DNA from: a virus
Taxonomy: Duplodnaviria; Caudoviricetes
Virus record (IMG/VR): IMGVR_UViG_2854208954_000001
Span: 1-64,000 of that record
Length of the DNA stretch: 64,000 nucleotides
Direction: 5' to 3' (one strand)
A model generated the notes under the pieces. The model was not told the origin of the DNA, searched no databases, and saw only the letters and a program-made list of their open reading frames with translations. The position numbers and the translations under genes were made by a program. Positions 17,363 to 27,558 of this stretch are shown in pieces (the first letter of the stretch is position 1; each line of letters opens with the position of its first letter).

Positions 17363-17396
17363 GTGGTGTCATATTTTTAAAAGGAGATTGAAATTT

Positions 17397-17729
17397 ATGA
17401 AGGTAGCAGTAGTAGGTTCAAGAAATCTAACAATCAACAATCTGGGTGACTATCTGCCCAAAGATACAACGGAAATAGTCAGCGGCGGTGCAAGAGGAAT
17501 TGACAGGTGTGCAAGAATGTATGCGAAAACTCATAACATCAGGCTGACGGAATTTTTTCCCGAATATGAACGATATGGACGGTCAGCACCTTTAAAGAGA
17601 AATTTGGAAATAATCAGATATGCCGATATAGTTCTCGCCTTTTGGGACGGTAAATCCCACGGAACACGATTTGTAATTGAAAACTGCAAAAAGGAGAATG
17701 TTCCCATTAAGGTATTTACTACTGTTTAA
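17397..17729 (+). CDS. SLOG-family (DUF2493/YspA-like) protein
   Basis: KVAVVGSR, IVSGGARGID, APLKRN, LAFWDGKSHGT. Confidence 0.88.
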   Translation: MKVAVVGSRNLTINNLGDYLPKDTTEIVSGGARGIDRCARMYAKTHNIRLTEFFPEYERYGRSAPLKRNLEIIRYADIVLAFWDGKSHGTRFVIENCKKENVPIKVFTTV

Positions 17730-17854
17730 TACTCACACTTAAAACCGCTGGATTTTCGGCGGTTTGTTTATTTGGCAGAATTTCAAAATTACACTTGCAA
17801 TTACAGCTGTTCTGAGTGATATATGTTACTGATAAAATTCAGGAGGTCACTAAG

Positions 17855-18073
17855 ATGAATTTTCCAAACAAAGAGATTGTTGAAAAAGTACGGGCAGAAT
17901 ACCCCATCGGAACAAGAGTTGAGCTTTTAAAAATGAACGATGTTCAGGCACCGCCCGTTGGTACGAAAGGAACTGTAAGAGGTGTTGACGATACAGCAAG
18001 TCTGCTCGTTGATTGGGATAACGGCTGTGGTCTGAATGTAATACATTGTGAGGACATTGTAATCAAAATATAG
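17855..18073 (+). CDS. DUF4314 domain protein
   Basis: YPIGTRVELLKMNDVQAPPVGTKGTVRGVDD...VDWDNG. Confidence 0.85.
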   Translation: MNFPNKEIVEKVRAEYPIGTRVELLKMNDVQAPPVGTKGTVRGVDDTASLLVDWDNGCGLNVIHCEDIVIKI

Positions 18074-18211
18074 AAATATACAGCATAGATATACACAATA
18101 TATTGTATTAAAGATTGTGTATATTACTTTTTAAAATTGCTTGATATATCCTCAAAAAAGAGCGAATATGTGTGTACCGAAGGGAAATACACACAATTAC
18201 GGAGGATAAAA

Positions 18212-19159
18212 ATGAACGCAAAGACATTAAGACAAATCGAGGAAATGAAAAAGCAGACAATCGGTGTTGAGGTTGAGATGAACAACATCACAAGGAACAA
18301 AGCCGCAAAAATCGCAGCCGAGTTCTTCGGCACAGGCAGATTTGAAAACACAGCCGACAGAAACGGCTACTGCACTTGGTCAGCATATGACGAGCAAGGC
18401 AGAGAGTGGAAATTCCAAAAAGATGTCAGCATTGCAGGAATTGACAGTGAGAAATGCGAAATGGTCACACCAATTTTAAACTATTCAGACATTGAAACCT
18501 TGCAGGAGCTTGTAAGGATATTAAGAAAAGCGGGTGCAAAGAGCGACTCAACAAGAGGTTGCGGAGTACACATTCACATCGGTGCAAAAGGCCACACGGC
18601 AAAGACACTCAGAAACCTTGCAAACATTATGGCAAGCCACGAACAGCTTTTGATTGACGCCTTAAACCTTGACGAGGTGAGAATAAGAAGATACTGCAAA
18701 ACGGTAGATCCACGCTTTTTGGAACAGGTCAACAGAACTAAGCCTGAAACGATGTCACAACTTGCCGATGTATGGTACAAGAGCCACGATGAAAACTACG
18801 GCAGCAATCACCACTACAACGACAGCCGATACCATATGCTAAACCTACACGCAACCTTTACAAAGGGAACGGTTGAGTTCAGACTTTTCCAATTTGACAA
18901 GCCCGCAAACGGCAAGCAGAACGGACTTCACGCCGGACAGCTTAAAAGCTACATTCAGCTTTGCTTGGCACTCAGCCAAATGGCAAAGGAAGTTAAATCG
19001 GCAAGTGCAAAGCCTCAGCAGACAGAAAATCCAAAATACGCAATGAGGACTTGGCTTTTGCGACTCGGCTTTATCGGTGACGAGTTCAAGACAGCAAGAG
19101 ATGTGTTCACAAGCAGACTTTCGGGAGACACGGCTTTTAGGAACGGCAGAGTTGCTTGA
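18212..19159 (+). CDS. Putative amidoligase (COOH-NH2 ligase family)
   Basis: IGVEVEM, CEMVTPIL, CGVHIHIG, RYHMLNL, TVEFRLF. Confidence 0.9.
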   Translation: MNAKTLRQIEEMKKQTIGVEVEMNNITRNKAAKIAAEFFGTGRFENTADRNGYCTWSAYDEQGREWKFQKDVSIAGIDSEKCEMVTPILNYSDIETLQELVRILRKAGAKSDSTRGCGVHIHIGAKGHTAKTLRNLANIMASHEQLLIDALNLDEVRIRRYCKTVDPRFLEQVNRTKPETMSQLADVWYKSHDENYGSNHHYNDSRYHMLNLHATFTKGTVEFRLFQFDKPANGKQNGLHAGQLKSYIQLCLALSQMAKEVKSASAKPQQTENPKYAMRTWLLRLGFIGDEFKTARDVFTSRLSGDTAFRNGRVA

Positions 19160-19241
19160 AGGAATTAGGTTAAATGCCCCACTGACCGCTTTGGCGGTCT
19201 TAAGGTGGTAGAAGAACATATCTTCGGAAAGGATTGATTTT

Positions 19242-19712
19242 ATGAAAAGGTTATACATAGCCTACGGAAGTAACCTGAATGTAAGGCAGATGAAAACGAG
19301 ATGTCCGAATGCGAAAATTCTAGGTACAGCAAAGCTGAAAGGCTGGGAGTTGCTTTTCAAAGGTAGTAAGTCAGGTTCGTACCTCACGATTGAGGAAAAG
19401 GAAAACGGCATTGTGCCTGTGGTAATCTGGGAGGTAAGCGAATCCGATGAAAAAGCACTCGACCGTTATGAAGGCTATCCGACCTTCTACTACAAGAAGG
19501 ACATCAAGGTGCAATACAAGGACATCAGAACAGGCAATCGCAGAACGGTTACCGTCTTCGCCTACATTATGCACGAGGAAAGGCAAATCGGTGTACCAAG
19601 CCTTTTCTACCTCAACACCTGCCTTGAAGGTTACAATACCTTTTACTTTGACAAGCAAATACTACTTAATGCCTATCACAAGTCAAAGGAGCTGTACGAA
19701 AATGACCGATAA
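19242..19712 (+). CDS. Gamma-glutamylcyclotransferase (AIG2-like)
   Basis: YIAYGSNL, LDRYEGYP. Confidence 0.92.
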   Translation: MKRLYIAYGSNLNVRQMKTRCPNAKILGTAKLKGWELLFKGSKSGSYLTIEEKENGIVPVVIWEVSESDEKALDRYEGYPTFYYKKDIKVQYKDIRTGNRRTVTVFAYIMHEERQIGVPSLFYLNTCLEGYNTFYFDKQILLNAYHKSKELYENDR

Positions 19713-19899
19713 CCTTGTTCAGTTACGCACCTGTCCCCGTTGTGGCGGTGTTTATTCCGGACACGGTGCAGTTTCAAGGGCAGACAATTTAACCGTTATC
19801 TGTCCCGACTGTGGCACACGAGAGGCCCTCGAAAGCATTGGTGTTGATGAGAAAGAGCAGGAGAAAATTCTTGATACTATTCATAATTCCGTAATGTAA
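19702..19899 (+). CDS. Small zinc-ribbon phage protein
   Basis: CPRC...ICPDCGTREAL; RBS AAAGGAG. Confidence 0.75.
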   Translation: MTDNLVQLRTCPRCGGVYSGHGAVSRADNLTVICPDCGTREALESIGVDEKEQEKILDTIHNSVM

Positions 19900-20215
19900 A
19901 TTATTAAAAATTTTTTTGCTATCAATTGATTTTTAACAATGAATTTGATAGGATAAGTTGTGTAAGGATAAAAGTCGAATTTCTTTTGATACAGGGTATG
20001 GAGTATGACAAGAAGAATTTTGATAATAAAATCTTTAGATTTATTTATACTGAAGCCATGAAAGGCACTGTTATTTCGTTATCCTATAAGGGTGAGAAAA
20101 CGGACTTATGAAATAAGATTTACTGGATTTTTTATAAGGTGAAATTTAATCTCTAATTATAAAGTACTAAATAACTAGAAAGCAAATGATTCAAGCATAA
20201 TAACGGGGTGATGAT

Positions 20216-20923
20216 ATGATTCGAGCTGACCGAAACGCGGAGATAAATGAGATACTACGAAATGAGTATTATAGTTTTACTGTTCCGTTTCTTACGGAAT
20301 GGTCTGCTGCGTTTGATAAAGAAGTCCCTCCTTCCAGAATAAATGAGTTCGGTATAATCGACGAAAAACGCTACGATACTGACAAAGGAGTCCTCTTTGT
20401 TGGCAAAGAAACAAATAATTGGGATAATGAGGACTATGAAAAAGGGATACTTTTTCGTGGTTGGATGGAGGGCATTACTCAGCATGGACTTGCCGGTGGA
20501 GATCATATCAGCCAGCATCCGAATATGTGGTACAACATAGGCAGATGGGCAACACTGATTTGTGGTCCATCCACTTCTATTGATGAGATAGCTGATATGA
20601 AGGCTTCTGCTATTTCTGCTATTGGTATGATAGCATTTACAAACATAAACAAAGTTCGTGGGAAAAAAAGCAGCAGAAACGAATACCATCAACTTGCAAA
20701 GTCCCGTATTGCAGGAGAACTGCTGCAACGAGAAGTTGAAATAATAAAGCCTCAACTGATTGTCTGCTGCGGTACATATAACACAGTTGTTAAGTCACTC
20801 CATGATTACGAGGGGCAGATCATTAAAATGCCCCATCCGGGAGCAAGAAAGAAAAAAACCAAGATGCTGTATGAATTGCTAAGGCAGATAACACCCAAAA
20901 AGGAGGACTACTGTAATGATTGA
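20216..20923 (+). CDS. Moron: uracil-DNA-glycosylase-like fold protein
   Basis: VLFVGKE, FTNINK, LQREVEIIKPQLIVCCG, MPHPGAR. Confidence 0.55.
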   Translation: MIRADRNAEINEILRNEYYSFTVPFLTEWSAAFDKEVPPSRINEFGIIDEKRYDTDKGVLFVGKETNNWDNEDYEKGILFRGWMEGITQHGLAGGDHISQHPNMWYNIGRWATLICGPSTSIDEIADMKASAISAIGMIAFTNINKVRGKKSSRNEYHQLAKSRIAGELLQREVEIIKPQLIVCCGTYNTVVKSLHDYEGQIIKMPHPGARKKKTKMLYELLRQITPKKEDYCND

Positions 20924-21218
20924 GAGTTTCCCTTACATATACAAAGGAAAGTCAAAAGATGCAATTAAACAATTTATAAAATCTGAAACTGGAATAGAAA
21001 TATCAAATCTGCTAAATAAATATATTGCTAACCCCACTTTAGTTCATACAGCTAATAAGCAAACCTTATTGCTATTGGCAGAAGAATTCGAACCGATATA
21101 TCAAAAATACATAGGAATATTAGATGGTCCTAATGAGATTGGAGAGATTAAAATATTTGGATTTTTTCTAAAATCTCGAATTGAAAGAATACCCGAACTA
21201 CAACAATATCTTATGTAA
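20916..21218 (+). CDS. Moron: hypothetical 100-aa protein
   Basis: Very AT-rich, overlaps the previous stop, followed by a terminator. Confidence 0.7.
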   Translation: MIESFPYIYKGKSKDAIKQFIKSETGIEISNLLNKYIANPTLVHTANKQTLLLLAEEFEPIYQKYIGILDGPNEIGEIKIFGFFLKSRIERIPELQQYLM

Positions 21219-21239
21219 GGATTATAAAGTGCACTTTAT

Positions 21240-21268
21240 TAGCTTGCCAATATAGGCAGGCTATTTTT
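21240..21268 (+). terminator. Terminator closing the moron
   Basis: TAGCTTGCC/GGCAGGCTA followed by TTTTT. Confidence 0.65.
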
Positions 21269-21289
21269 ATGCCATTCGGAGGTGAAATT

Positions 21290-22891
21290 TTGAGAAAACT
21301 TAAGAATTATAAGCCTACAAAATTCAAAGCGAAAGGTAGCTATTACGATAAAGAATACGCCGACTTCGCTGTTGCTTTTATTGAAAGCCTATGTCACACC
21401 AAAGGTACATGGGCCGGCAAGAAATTTGAGCTTATCGACTGGCAGGAGCAGATTATTCGTGACCTTTTCGGCATTTTAAAGCCTAACGGATATAGGCAGT
21501 TCAACACTGCATATATTGAGATTCCGAAAAAGAACGGCAAGTCTGAATTAGCTGCGGCTGTTGCACTTCTGCTCACCTGCGGTGACGGTGAACAGCGAGC
21601 CGAGGTTTACGGTGCGGCTGCTGACAGACAACAGGCGTCAATCGTTTTTGATGTTGCCGCCGATATGGTGCGAATGTGTCCGGCTCTGAACAAAAGAGTA
21701 AAGATACTTGCATCACAGAAAAGGCTGATTTATGAACCTACAAACAGCTTTTATCAGGTGCTATCCGCCGAGGCATACAGCAAGCACGGCTTTAATGTTC
21801 ACGGTGTTGTGTTTGATGAGCTGCACAGTCAGCCGAACAGAAAACTCTATGATGTCCTTACAAAGGGTAGCGGTGATGCACGAATGCAGCCGCTCTTTTT
21901 TCTGATCACAACAGCCGGCACAGATACACATTCAATCTGCTATGAGGTTCATCAAAAGGCACAGGATATTATTGACGGGCGAAAAATCGACCCTACATTC
22001 TATCCTGTCATTTTCGGTGCTGATGATACCGAGGACTGGACAAGTCCGAAGGTCTGGAAAAAGTGCAATCCCTCCCTCGGTGAAACTATCGGCATTGACA
22101 AAGTTAAAACTGCCTGTGAAAGTGCAAAGCAGAATCCGGGCGAAGAAAATTCATTCCGACAGTTAAGACTTAATCAGTGGGTAAAGCAGGCAGTCAGATG
22201 GATGCCGATGGACAAATGGGATAAGTGCGCCTTTGCTGTAAACGAAGAACAGCTTGAAGGCAGAGTTTGTTACGGTGGACTTGACCTTTCAAGCACAACG
22301 GATATTACGGCATTTGTACTCGTGTTCCCACCGCTTGATGAAGAAGATAAGTACATCATACTGCCATACTTCTGGATACCGGAGGACACACTTGACCTGC
22401 GTGTAAAGCGTGACCATGTTCCGTATGATGTTTGGGAACGACAGGGATACTTGCAGACCACAGAGGGAAATGTCGTTCATTACGGCTACATTGAAAAGTT
22501 TATTGAACAACTCGGTAAAAAATTCAATATTCGGGAAATCGCATTTGACCGTTGGGGTGCTGTTCAGATGGTGCAGAACCTTGAGAGTATGGGATTTACC
22601 GTTGTTCCCTTCGGACAAGGCTTTAAGGATATGTCACCACCCACAAAGGAACTTATGAAACTAACCCTTGAGCAGAAAATTGCACACGGTGGACACCCTG
22701 TCTTGCGTTGGAATATGGATAATATTTTCATTCGCACAGACCCTGCCGGAAACATCAAGGCAGATAAAGAAAAATCCACAGAGAAAATTGACGGTGCAGT
22801 AGCCACGATTATGGCACTGGACAGAGCAATTCGCTGTGGAAATGATACCTCGGAGTCGGTATACGATTCACGAGGGATTTTGTTTATATAA
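21290..22891 (+). CDS. terL: Terminase large subunit (Terminase_1)
   Basis: EIPKKNGKSE, VVFDELH, GGLDLSSTTD, KIDGAVA. Confidence 0.97.
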   Translation: MRKLKNYKPTKFKAKGSYYDKEYADFAVAFIESLCHTKGTWAGKKFELIDWQEQIIRDLFGILKPNGYRQFNTAYIEIPKKNGKSELAAAVALLLTCGDGEQRAEVYGAAADRQQASIVFDVAADMVRMCPALNKRVKILASQKRLIYEPTNSFYQVLSAEAYSKHGFNVHGVVFDELHSQPNRKLYDVLTKGSGDARMQPLFFLITTAGTDTHSICYEVHQKAQDIIDGRKIDPTFYPVIFGADDTEDWTSPKVWKKCNPSLGETIGIDKVKTACESAKQNPGEENSFRQLRLNQWVKQAVRWMPMDKWDKCAFAVNEEQLEGRVCYGGLDLSSTTDITAFVLVFPPLDEEDKYIILPYFWIPEDTLDLRVKRDHVPYDVWERQGYLQTTEGNVVHYGYIEKFIEQLGKKFNIREIAFDRWGAVQMVQNLESMGFTVVPFGQGFKDMSPPTKELMKLTLEQKIAHGGHPVLRWNMDNIFIRTDPAGNIKADKEKSTEKIDGAVATIMALDRAIRCGNDTSESVYDSRGILFI

Positions 22892-22906
22892 AGGACAGTG
22901 ATATAT

Positions 22907-24256
22907 ATGGGTATATTTTCAGGGCTTTTTCACTCAAGAGATAAGCCTAAAAACAGAACAGCAGGCAGTGCCTACACATTCTACACAGGCAGAACAACAG
23001 CCGGAAAAGCTGTGACACAGCGTTCTGCTATGCAAATGACAGCGGTGTATTCCTGTGTGCGTATTCTGTCGGAGGCGATTGCCAGTCTGCCCTTACACCT
23101 TTACAGATACACAGAATGCGGCGGCAAGGAAAAAGCTACGGACAGTCCTCTGTACTTTTTGCTCCACGATGAGCCGAACCTGGAAATGACATCATTTGTT
23201 TTTAGAGAAACTCTGATGACTCATCTGCTTTTGTGGGGTAATGCTTATGCACAAATCATAAGAAACGGCAAGGGTGAAGTAACAGCCTTGTACCCTCTTA
23301 TGCCGGACAGAATGACAGTTGACAGAGATGAAAACGGCAGACTGTATTATGAGTACATGGTAAGCACAGACGATGCGCCAATCAACAAAAAGTCAACCGT
23401 AAGACTGCTCCCCTTTGATGTTCTGCATATTCCCGGACTTGGCTTTGACGGGCTTGTTGGTTACTCACCTATCGCTATGGCAAAGAACTCAATCGGTATG
23501 GCTATTGCCTGCGAGGAATACGGTGCAAAGTTCTTTGCAAACGGTGCCGCACCAAGCGGTGTGCTTGAACACCCCGGCACAATAAAAGACCCGTCAAGGG
23601 TAAGAGAAAGCTGGACTCAGACCTTTGGCGGCAGTTCAAACGCACACAAGGTTGCAGTGCTTGAAGAGGGAATGAAATATACACCTATTTCAATCTCACC
23701 AGAGCAGGCACAATTCCTTGAAACAAGAAAATTTCAGATAGATGAAATAGCTCGAATTTTCCGAGTACCGCCACATATGGTCGGTGATTTGGAAAAGTCG
23801 AGCTTTTCTAATATTGAGCAACAGTCACTTGAATTTGTGAAATACACACTTGACCCTTGGGTGTCAAGATGGGAGCAAAATTTGGTGCGTTCCCTTCTGA
23901 CAACCGATGAAAAGAAAAAGTATTTTATCAAATTCAATGTTGACGGACTGCTCCGAGGTGACTATCAAAGCCGAATGAACGGATATGCAACAGCAAGGCA
24001 GAACGGCTGGATGTCGGCAAACGATATCAGAGAGCTTGAAAACCTTGACCGCATATCATCAGAAGAAGGCGGAGATTTGTACCTCATAAACGGTAATATG
24101 CTGCCGCTCAAAAATGCAGGTGCATTTGCCAACACAGACGAAACGAAGGAGGAAGAAAATGAAGAAGTTCTGGAAGTGGAAGAATCAGACGGAGAACAAT
24201 CCGACCGAGAGAGTTCTGACTCTCAACGGCACAATCACCGAGGAAAGCTGGTTTGA
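22907..24256 (+). CDS. HK97-family portal protein
   Basis: LLLWGNAYA, GLVGYSPI, IARIFRVPPHMVG. Confidence 0.97.
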   Translation: MGIFSGLFHSRDKPKNRTAGSAYTFYTGRTTAGKAVTQRSAMQMTAVYSCVRILSEAIASLPLHLYRYTECGGKEKATDSPLYFLLHDEPNLEMTSFVFRETLMTHLLLWGNAYAQIIRNGKGEVTALYPLMPDRMTVDRDENGRLYYEYMVSTDDAPINKKSTVRLLPFDVLHIPGLGFDGLVGYSPIAMAKNSIGMAIACEEYGAKFFANGAAPSGVLEHPGTIKDPSRVRESWTQTFGGSSNAHKVAVLEEGMKYTPISISPEQAQFLETRKFQIDEIARIFRVPPHMVGDLEKSSFSNIEQQSLEFVKYTLDPWVSRWEQNLVRSLLTTDEKKKYFIKFNVDGLLRGDYQSRMNGYATARQNGWMSANDIRELENLDRISSEEGGDLYLINGNMLPLKNAGAFANTDETKEEENEEVLEVEESDGEQSDRESSDSQRHNHRGKLV

Positions 24257-24911
24257 CGATGATGTCACTCCACAGCTTTTCAAAGACGAGTTGAACAGTG
24301 GAACAGGAAACATCACTGTATGGATAAACTCTCCCGGTGGTGACTGCGTTGCCGCCGCACAGATTTACAATATGCTGATGGACTACAAGGGTAATGTCAC
24401 AGTCAAGATTGACGGTATTGCAGCATCTGCAGCATCAATAATTGCAATGGCAGGAAACACAGTGCTGATGTCACCTGTTTCAACAATGATGATACACAAT
24501 CCTGCAACCGTTGCTATGGGTGACCACAACGAAATGCAGAAAGCTATTGAAATGCTTAACGAAGTCAAGGAAAGTATCATAAATGCGTATGAAATCAAGA
24601 CCGGATTAAGCAGAGCAAAGCTGTCGCACTTAATGGACTTTGAAACCTGGATGAACGCAAACAAGGCCGTTGAACTCGGCTTTGCAGACGGTATTATCGC
24701 AAGAGAAAATCCTAATACAGAGCCTGATGAAGATGAAGAGGACGAAGATGAAAAGGAGAAAAAGAAATCTCCGTGTGATTCAGTCCTGTTTTCAAGAAAG
24801 GCTGTAAATACGGCACTGATAAACAAAATTGAAAAGCATTACTCAAATGACAAAGGCACTCCTGTTTCTGACATAAGGGAGCGCCTTAATTTTATCAAAA
24901 AATTTATTTAG
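24159..24911 (+). CDS. ClpP-like prohead protease
   Basis: INSPGGD, GIAASAAS, MMIHNP. Confidence 0.95.
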   Translation: MKKFWKWKNQTENNPTERVLTLNGTITEESWFDDDVTPQLFKDELNSGTGNITVWINSPGGDCVAAAQIYNMLMDYKGNVTVKIDGIAASAASIIAMAGNTVLMSPVSTMMIHNPATVAMGDHNEMQKAIEMLNEVKESIINAYEIKTGLSRAKLSHLMDFETWMNANKAVELGFADGIIARENPNTEPDEDEEDEDEKEKKKSPCDSVLFSRKAVNTALINKIEKHYSNDKGTPVSDIRERLNFIKKFI

Positions 24912-24923
24912 GAGGTCACAGAT

Positions 24924-26108
24924 ATGACTATTAAGGAATTAATTGAAAAAAGAGCAAAGGTGTGGGAAACTGCAAAAAGCTTTGTTGATACCCACGAGGA
25001 TAAAAATGGTCTGCTTTCTGCAGAGGACACTGCAACCTACAACAAGATGGAAAAGGAAATTGAGGATTTAACTGCGGCTATTGACCGTCAGCAGAGAGCC
25101 GCACAGCGTGAGGCTGAACTGAACAAACCGATTAATTCTCCCCTTACAAACAGACCGTACAAGGGTGAGCAGTCGGAGAAAAAGAGCGGAAGAGCAACTG
25201 ACGAGTACAAAAATGCGATGCTTTCTGCTATGCGTTCCAACTTCAGAAATATAAGTAATGTTCTGCAGGAAGGTGTTGACTCCGATGGCGGTTACCTTGT
25301 TCCCGAGGAGTATGACAGCAAACTGATTGATGTGCTTGAAGAGGAGAACATTATGCGTTCTCTCGCAACCACAATCACAACAAGCGGTCAGCACAAGATT
25401 AATATTGCCGCCACAAAGCCTGCGGCTGCGTGGATTGAAGAGGGCGGCGCACTCAGCTTTGGTGATGCAACCTTTGACCAGATTTATCTTGATGCATACA
25501 AGCTCCATGTTGCAATCAAGGTGACAGAGGAACTTCTCTACGACAACGCATTCAACCTTGAAAACTACATTATTACACAGTTTGGCAAGGCTCTGGGAAA
25601 TGCCGAGGAGGACGCTTTCCTAAACGGTGACGGCAAAGGCAAGCCTATCGGTATTTTTGACGCTAAAGGCGGTGGTAATGTTATAGGCACACTGACAGCT
25701 GCCGTCAAATCAGATGATATGCTTGACCTTGTGTACGGCTTAAAGCGCCCGTACAGAAAAAGTTCCTCTTTCATTATGAACGACTCAACCCTTGCACTGC
25801 TTAGAAAGCTGAAGGATAACAACGGAGCATATATCTGGCAGCCGTCATACAAAGAGGGCGAGCCTGACAGAGTGCTTGGATATGCAGTTAACACTTCTTC
25901 GTATGCTCCCACAAATGCTATTGCATTCGGTGATTACAGCTACTATAACATTGGTGACAGAGGAAGTCGTTCCTTTGCAGAACTGCGTGAGCTTTTTGCA
26001 GGCAATGGTATGGTAGGCTTTGTTGCAAAAGAGCGTGTTGACGGCAAGCTGATTCTGCCGGAGGCAGTGCAGATTCTCAAGCTTAAGGAAACCACAAGTG
26101 CCGGCTGA
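24924..26108 (+). CDS. HK97-fold major capsid protein
   Basis: DGGYLVPEE, AAWIEEG, FLNGDGKGKPIGI. Confidence 0.96.
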   Translation: MTIKELIEKRAKVWETAKSFVDTHEDKNGLLSAEDTATYNKMEKEIEDLTAAIDRQQRAAQREAELNKPINSPLTNRPYKGEQSEKKSGRATDEYKNAMLSAMRSNFRNISNVLQEGVDSDGGYLVPEEYDSKLIDVLEEENIMRSLATTITTSGQHKINIAATKPAAAWIEEGGALSFGDATFDQIYLDAYKLHVAIKVTEELLYDNAFNLENYIITQFGKALGNAEEDAFLNGDGKGKPIGIFDAKGGGNVIGTLTAAVKSDDMLDLVYGLKRPYRKSSSFIMNDSTLALLRKLKDNNGAYIWQPSYKEGEPDRVLGYAVNTSSYAPTNAIAFGDYSYYNIGDRGSRSFAELRELFAGNGMVGFVAKERVDGKLILPEAVQILKLKETTSAG

Positions 26109-26122
26109 TAGGAGTGCTTTAA

Positions 26123-26437
26123 ATGACTGATGAGCTTTTACAAAAGGTAAAACAGAACCTGATTCTTGAACACAACGAAGATGATGAACTTCTGAAAATG
26201 TACATAACTGCCGCAGTATCCTATGCCGAAAGCTATCAACACATTGATGAGGGTTACTACTCCACACACGCAATGCCTGCAACTACCGAGCAGGCAGTTA
26301 TTATGCTTGCGAGCCATTTCTACGAAAGCAGAGATGGCTCAACGGGCGGATTCTTTGCTGACAGCACAAACGCATCGGCTCAGGTGTGGAACACGGTCAA
26401 TTTACTTTTAAGGCTTGACAGAAACTGGAAGGTGTAG
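26123..26437 (+). CDS. Head-tail connector (gp6-like)
   Basis: Position plus AVIMLASHFYESR. Confidence 0.88.
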   Translation: MTDELLQKVKQNLILEHNEDDELLKMYITAAVSYAESYQHIDEGYYSTHAMPATTEQAVIMLASHFYESRDGSTGGFFADSTNASAQVWNTVNLLLRLDRNWKV

Positions 26438-26439
26438 CT

Positions 26440-26772
26440 ATGAGTTTTGGAAACATGAACACACCTGTTGAAATTATGAAAAAGGTGATTGAAACCGATG
26501 ATGAGGGGTTTAAGAATGAAAGACTGAAAACAGTAGCAAGCGTGAGAGCATATCGTGAGGGCAGACACGGCAGTGAACGGTGGGCGAATATGGCGACATT
26601 TTCCGTTGCGACTGACTTGTTTCGCCTAAGGTGTATTCCGCATATTGAAGTTACCGCAGATATGCTTATTCTTTGTGACGGGAAAAGGTTCGAAATCACC
26701 TCTGTTGAGAATGTAAAAGGCAGAGGAATGTATCTTGAAATTCTTGCAAAGGAGGTTGAAGCAAGTGGCTAG
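26440..26772 (+). CDS. Head-tail adaptor/closure protein
   Basis: Synteny and typical size and motif. Confidence 0.85.
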   Translation: MSFGNMNTPVEIMKKVIETDDEGFKNERLKTVASVRAYREGRHGSERWANMATFSVATDLFRLRCIPHIEVTADMLILCDGKRFEITSVENVKGRGMYLEILAKEVEASG

Positions 26773-27196
26773 ATGCACAATGAAAATGTCGGAGGAGTTT
26801 TTACTCAAAATTTCAAGACTTGGGAACAAAACCGATGAAGTGTGTGAAAGGGTACTCAATGCCGGTGCTGAGGTTGTTCTTAAAAAGGTGAAAACAAATC
26901 TCAGAAATGTCATCAGCAAGGACACAAAAACGCAGTCACGCTCAACGGGTGAGCTTGAACACTCGCTCGGCGTGTCCCCTGTTTTATCAGACAAGAACGG
27001 CAATATGAATATCAAGATAGGCTTTTCAGAGCCGAGAACAAATGGTGAAAGCAATGCAAAAATTGCGAGTGTAATTGAATACGGCAAAAGCGGTCAGCCA
27101 CCAAAACCGTTTATGAAGCCTGCAAAATCAGCGTCACGCAAGGAGTGTATGACGGTTATGATTAACACGCTTGATGAGGAGGTAAAGAGCATATGA
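26765..27196 (+). CDS. HK97 gp10-like neck protein
   Basis: STGEL, EYGKSGQPPKPFMKPA. Confidence 0.85.
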   Translation: MARCTMKMSEEFLLKISRLGNKTDEVCERVLNAGAEVVLKKVKTNLRNVISKDTKTQSRSTGELEHSLGVSPVLSDKNGNMNIKIGFSEPRTNGESNAKIASVIEYGKSGQPPKPFMKPAKSASRKECMTVMINTLDEEVKSI

Positions 27197-27558
27197 GTTT
27201 GCTTGCTGAAATCAAGAGCATTGCAGAAGGTTTAAATATCAGAGTTGAAACAGGTGCTTTTTCAGACAAAGCACCTGACGAATACATTGTTCTCACACCG
27301 CTTTCGGACGGCTTTGATATGCACTGCGACAATATGCCGACCTTTGACAGACAGGAAGTGAGAATTTCTATATTTTCAAAGGGTAATTATTCTGCACTTA
27401 AATACAAGCTTGTGACCGCTCTTTTTCAAAGTGATATTTCAATAACCGACAGGCTGTATATCGGTTACGAGAGCGACACGGGCTATCATCACTATGCTAT
27501 TGACGCATTAAAAACTTATGAACTGGAGGAGATAGATTATGGCAACAATCGGACTTGA
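27193..27558 (+). CDS. Tail completion/terminator protein
   Basis: Synteny; GYESDTGYHHY. Confidence 0.75.
   Translation: MSLLAEIKSIAEGLNIRVETGAFSDKAPDEYIVLTPLSDGFDMHCDNMPTFDRQEVRISIFSKGNYSALKYKLVTALFQSDISITDRLYIGYESDTGYHHYAIDALKTYELEEIDYGNNRT

Noticed and set aside
19926-20111. 61-aa ORF upstream of the UDG-like moron
   Set aside because: No RBS or motif; probably promoter DNA or a gene remnant.
24159-24256. 98-bp portal/protease overlap and the acidic EPDEDEEDEDEKEKKK tract
   Set aside because: The overlap is usual in this head module and the tract is a low-complexity linker.
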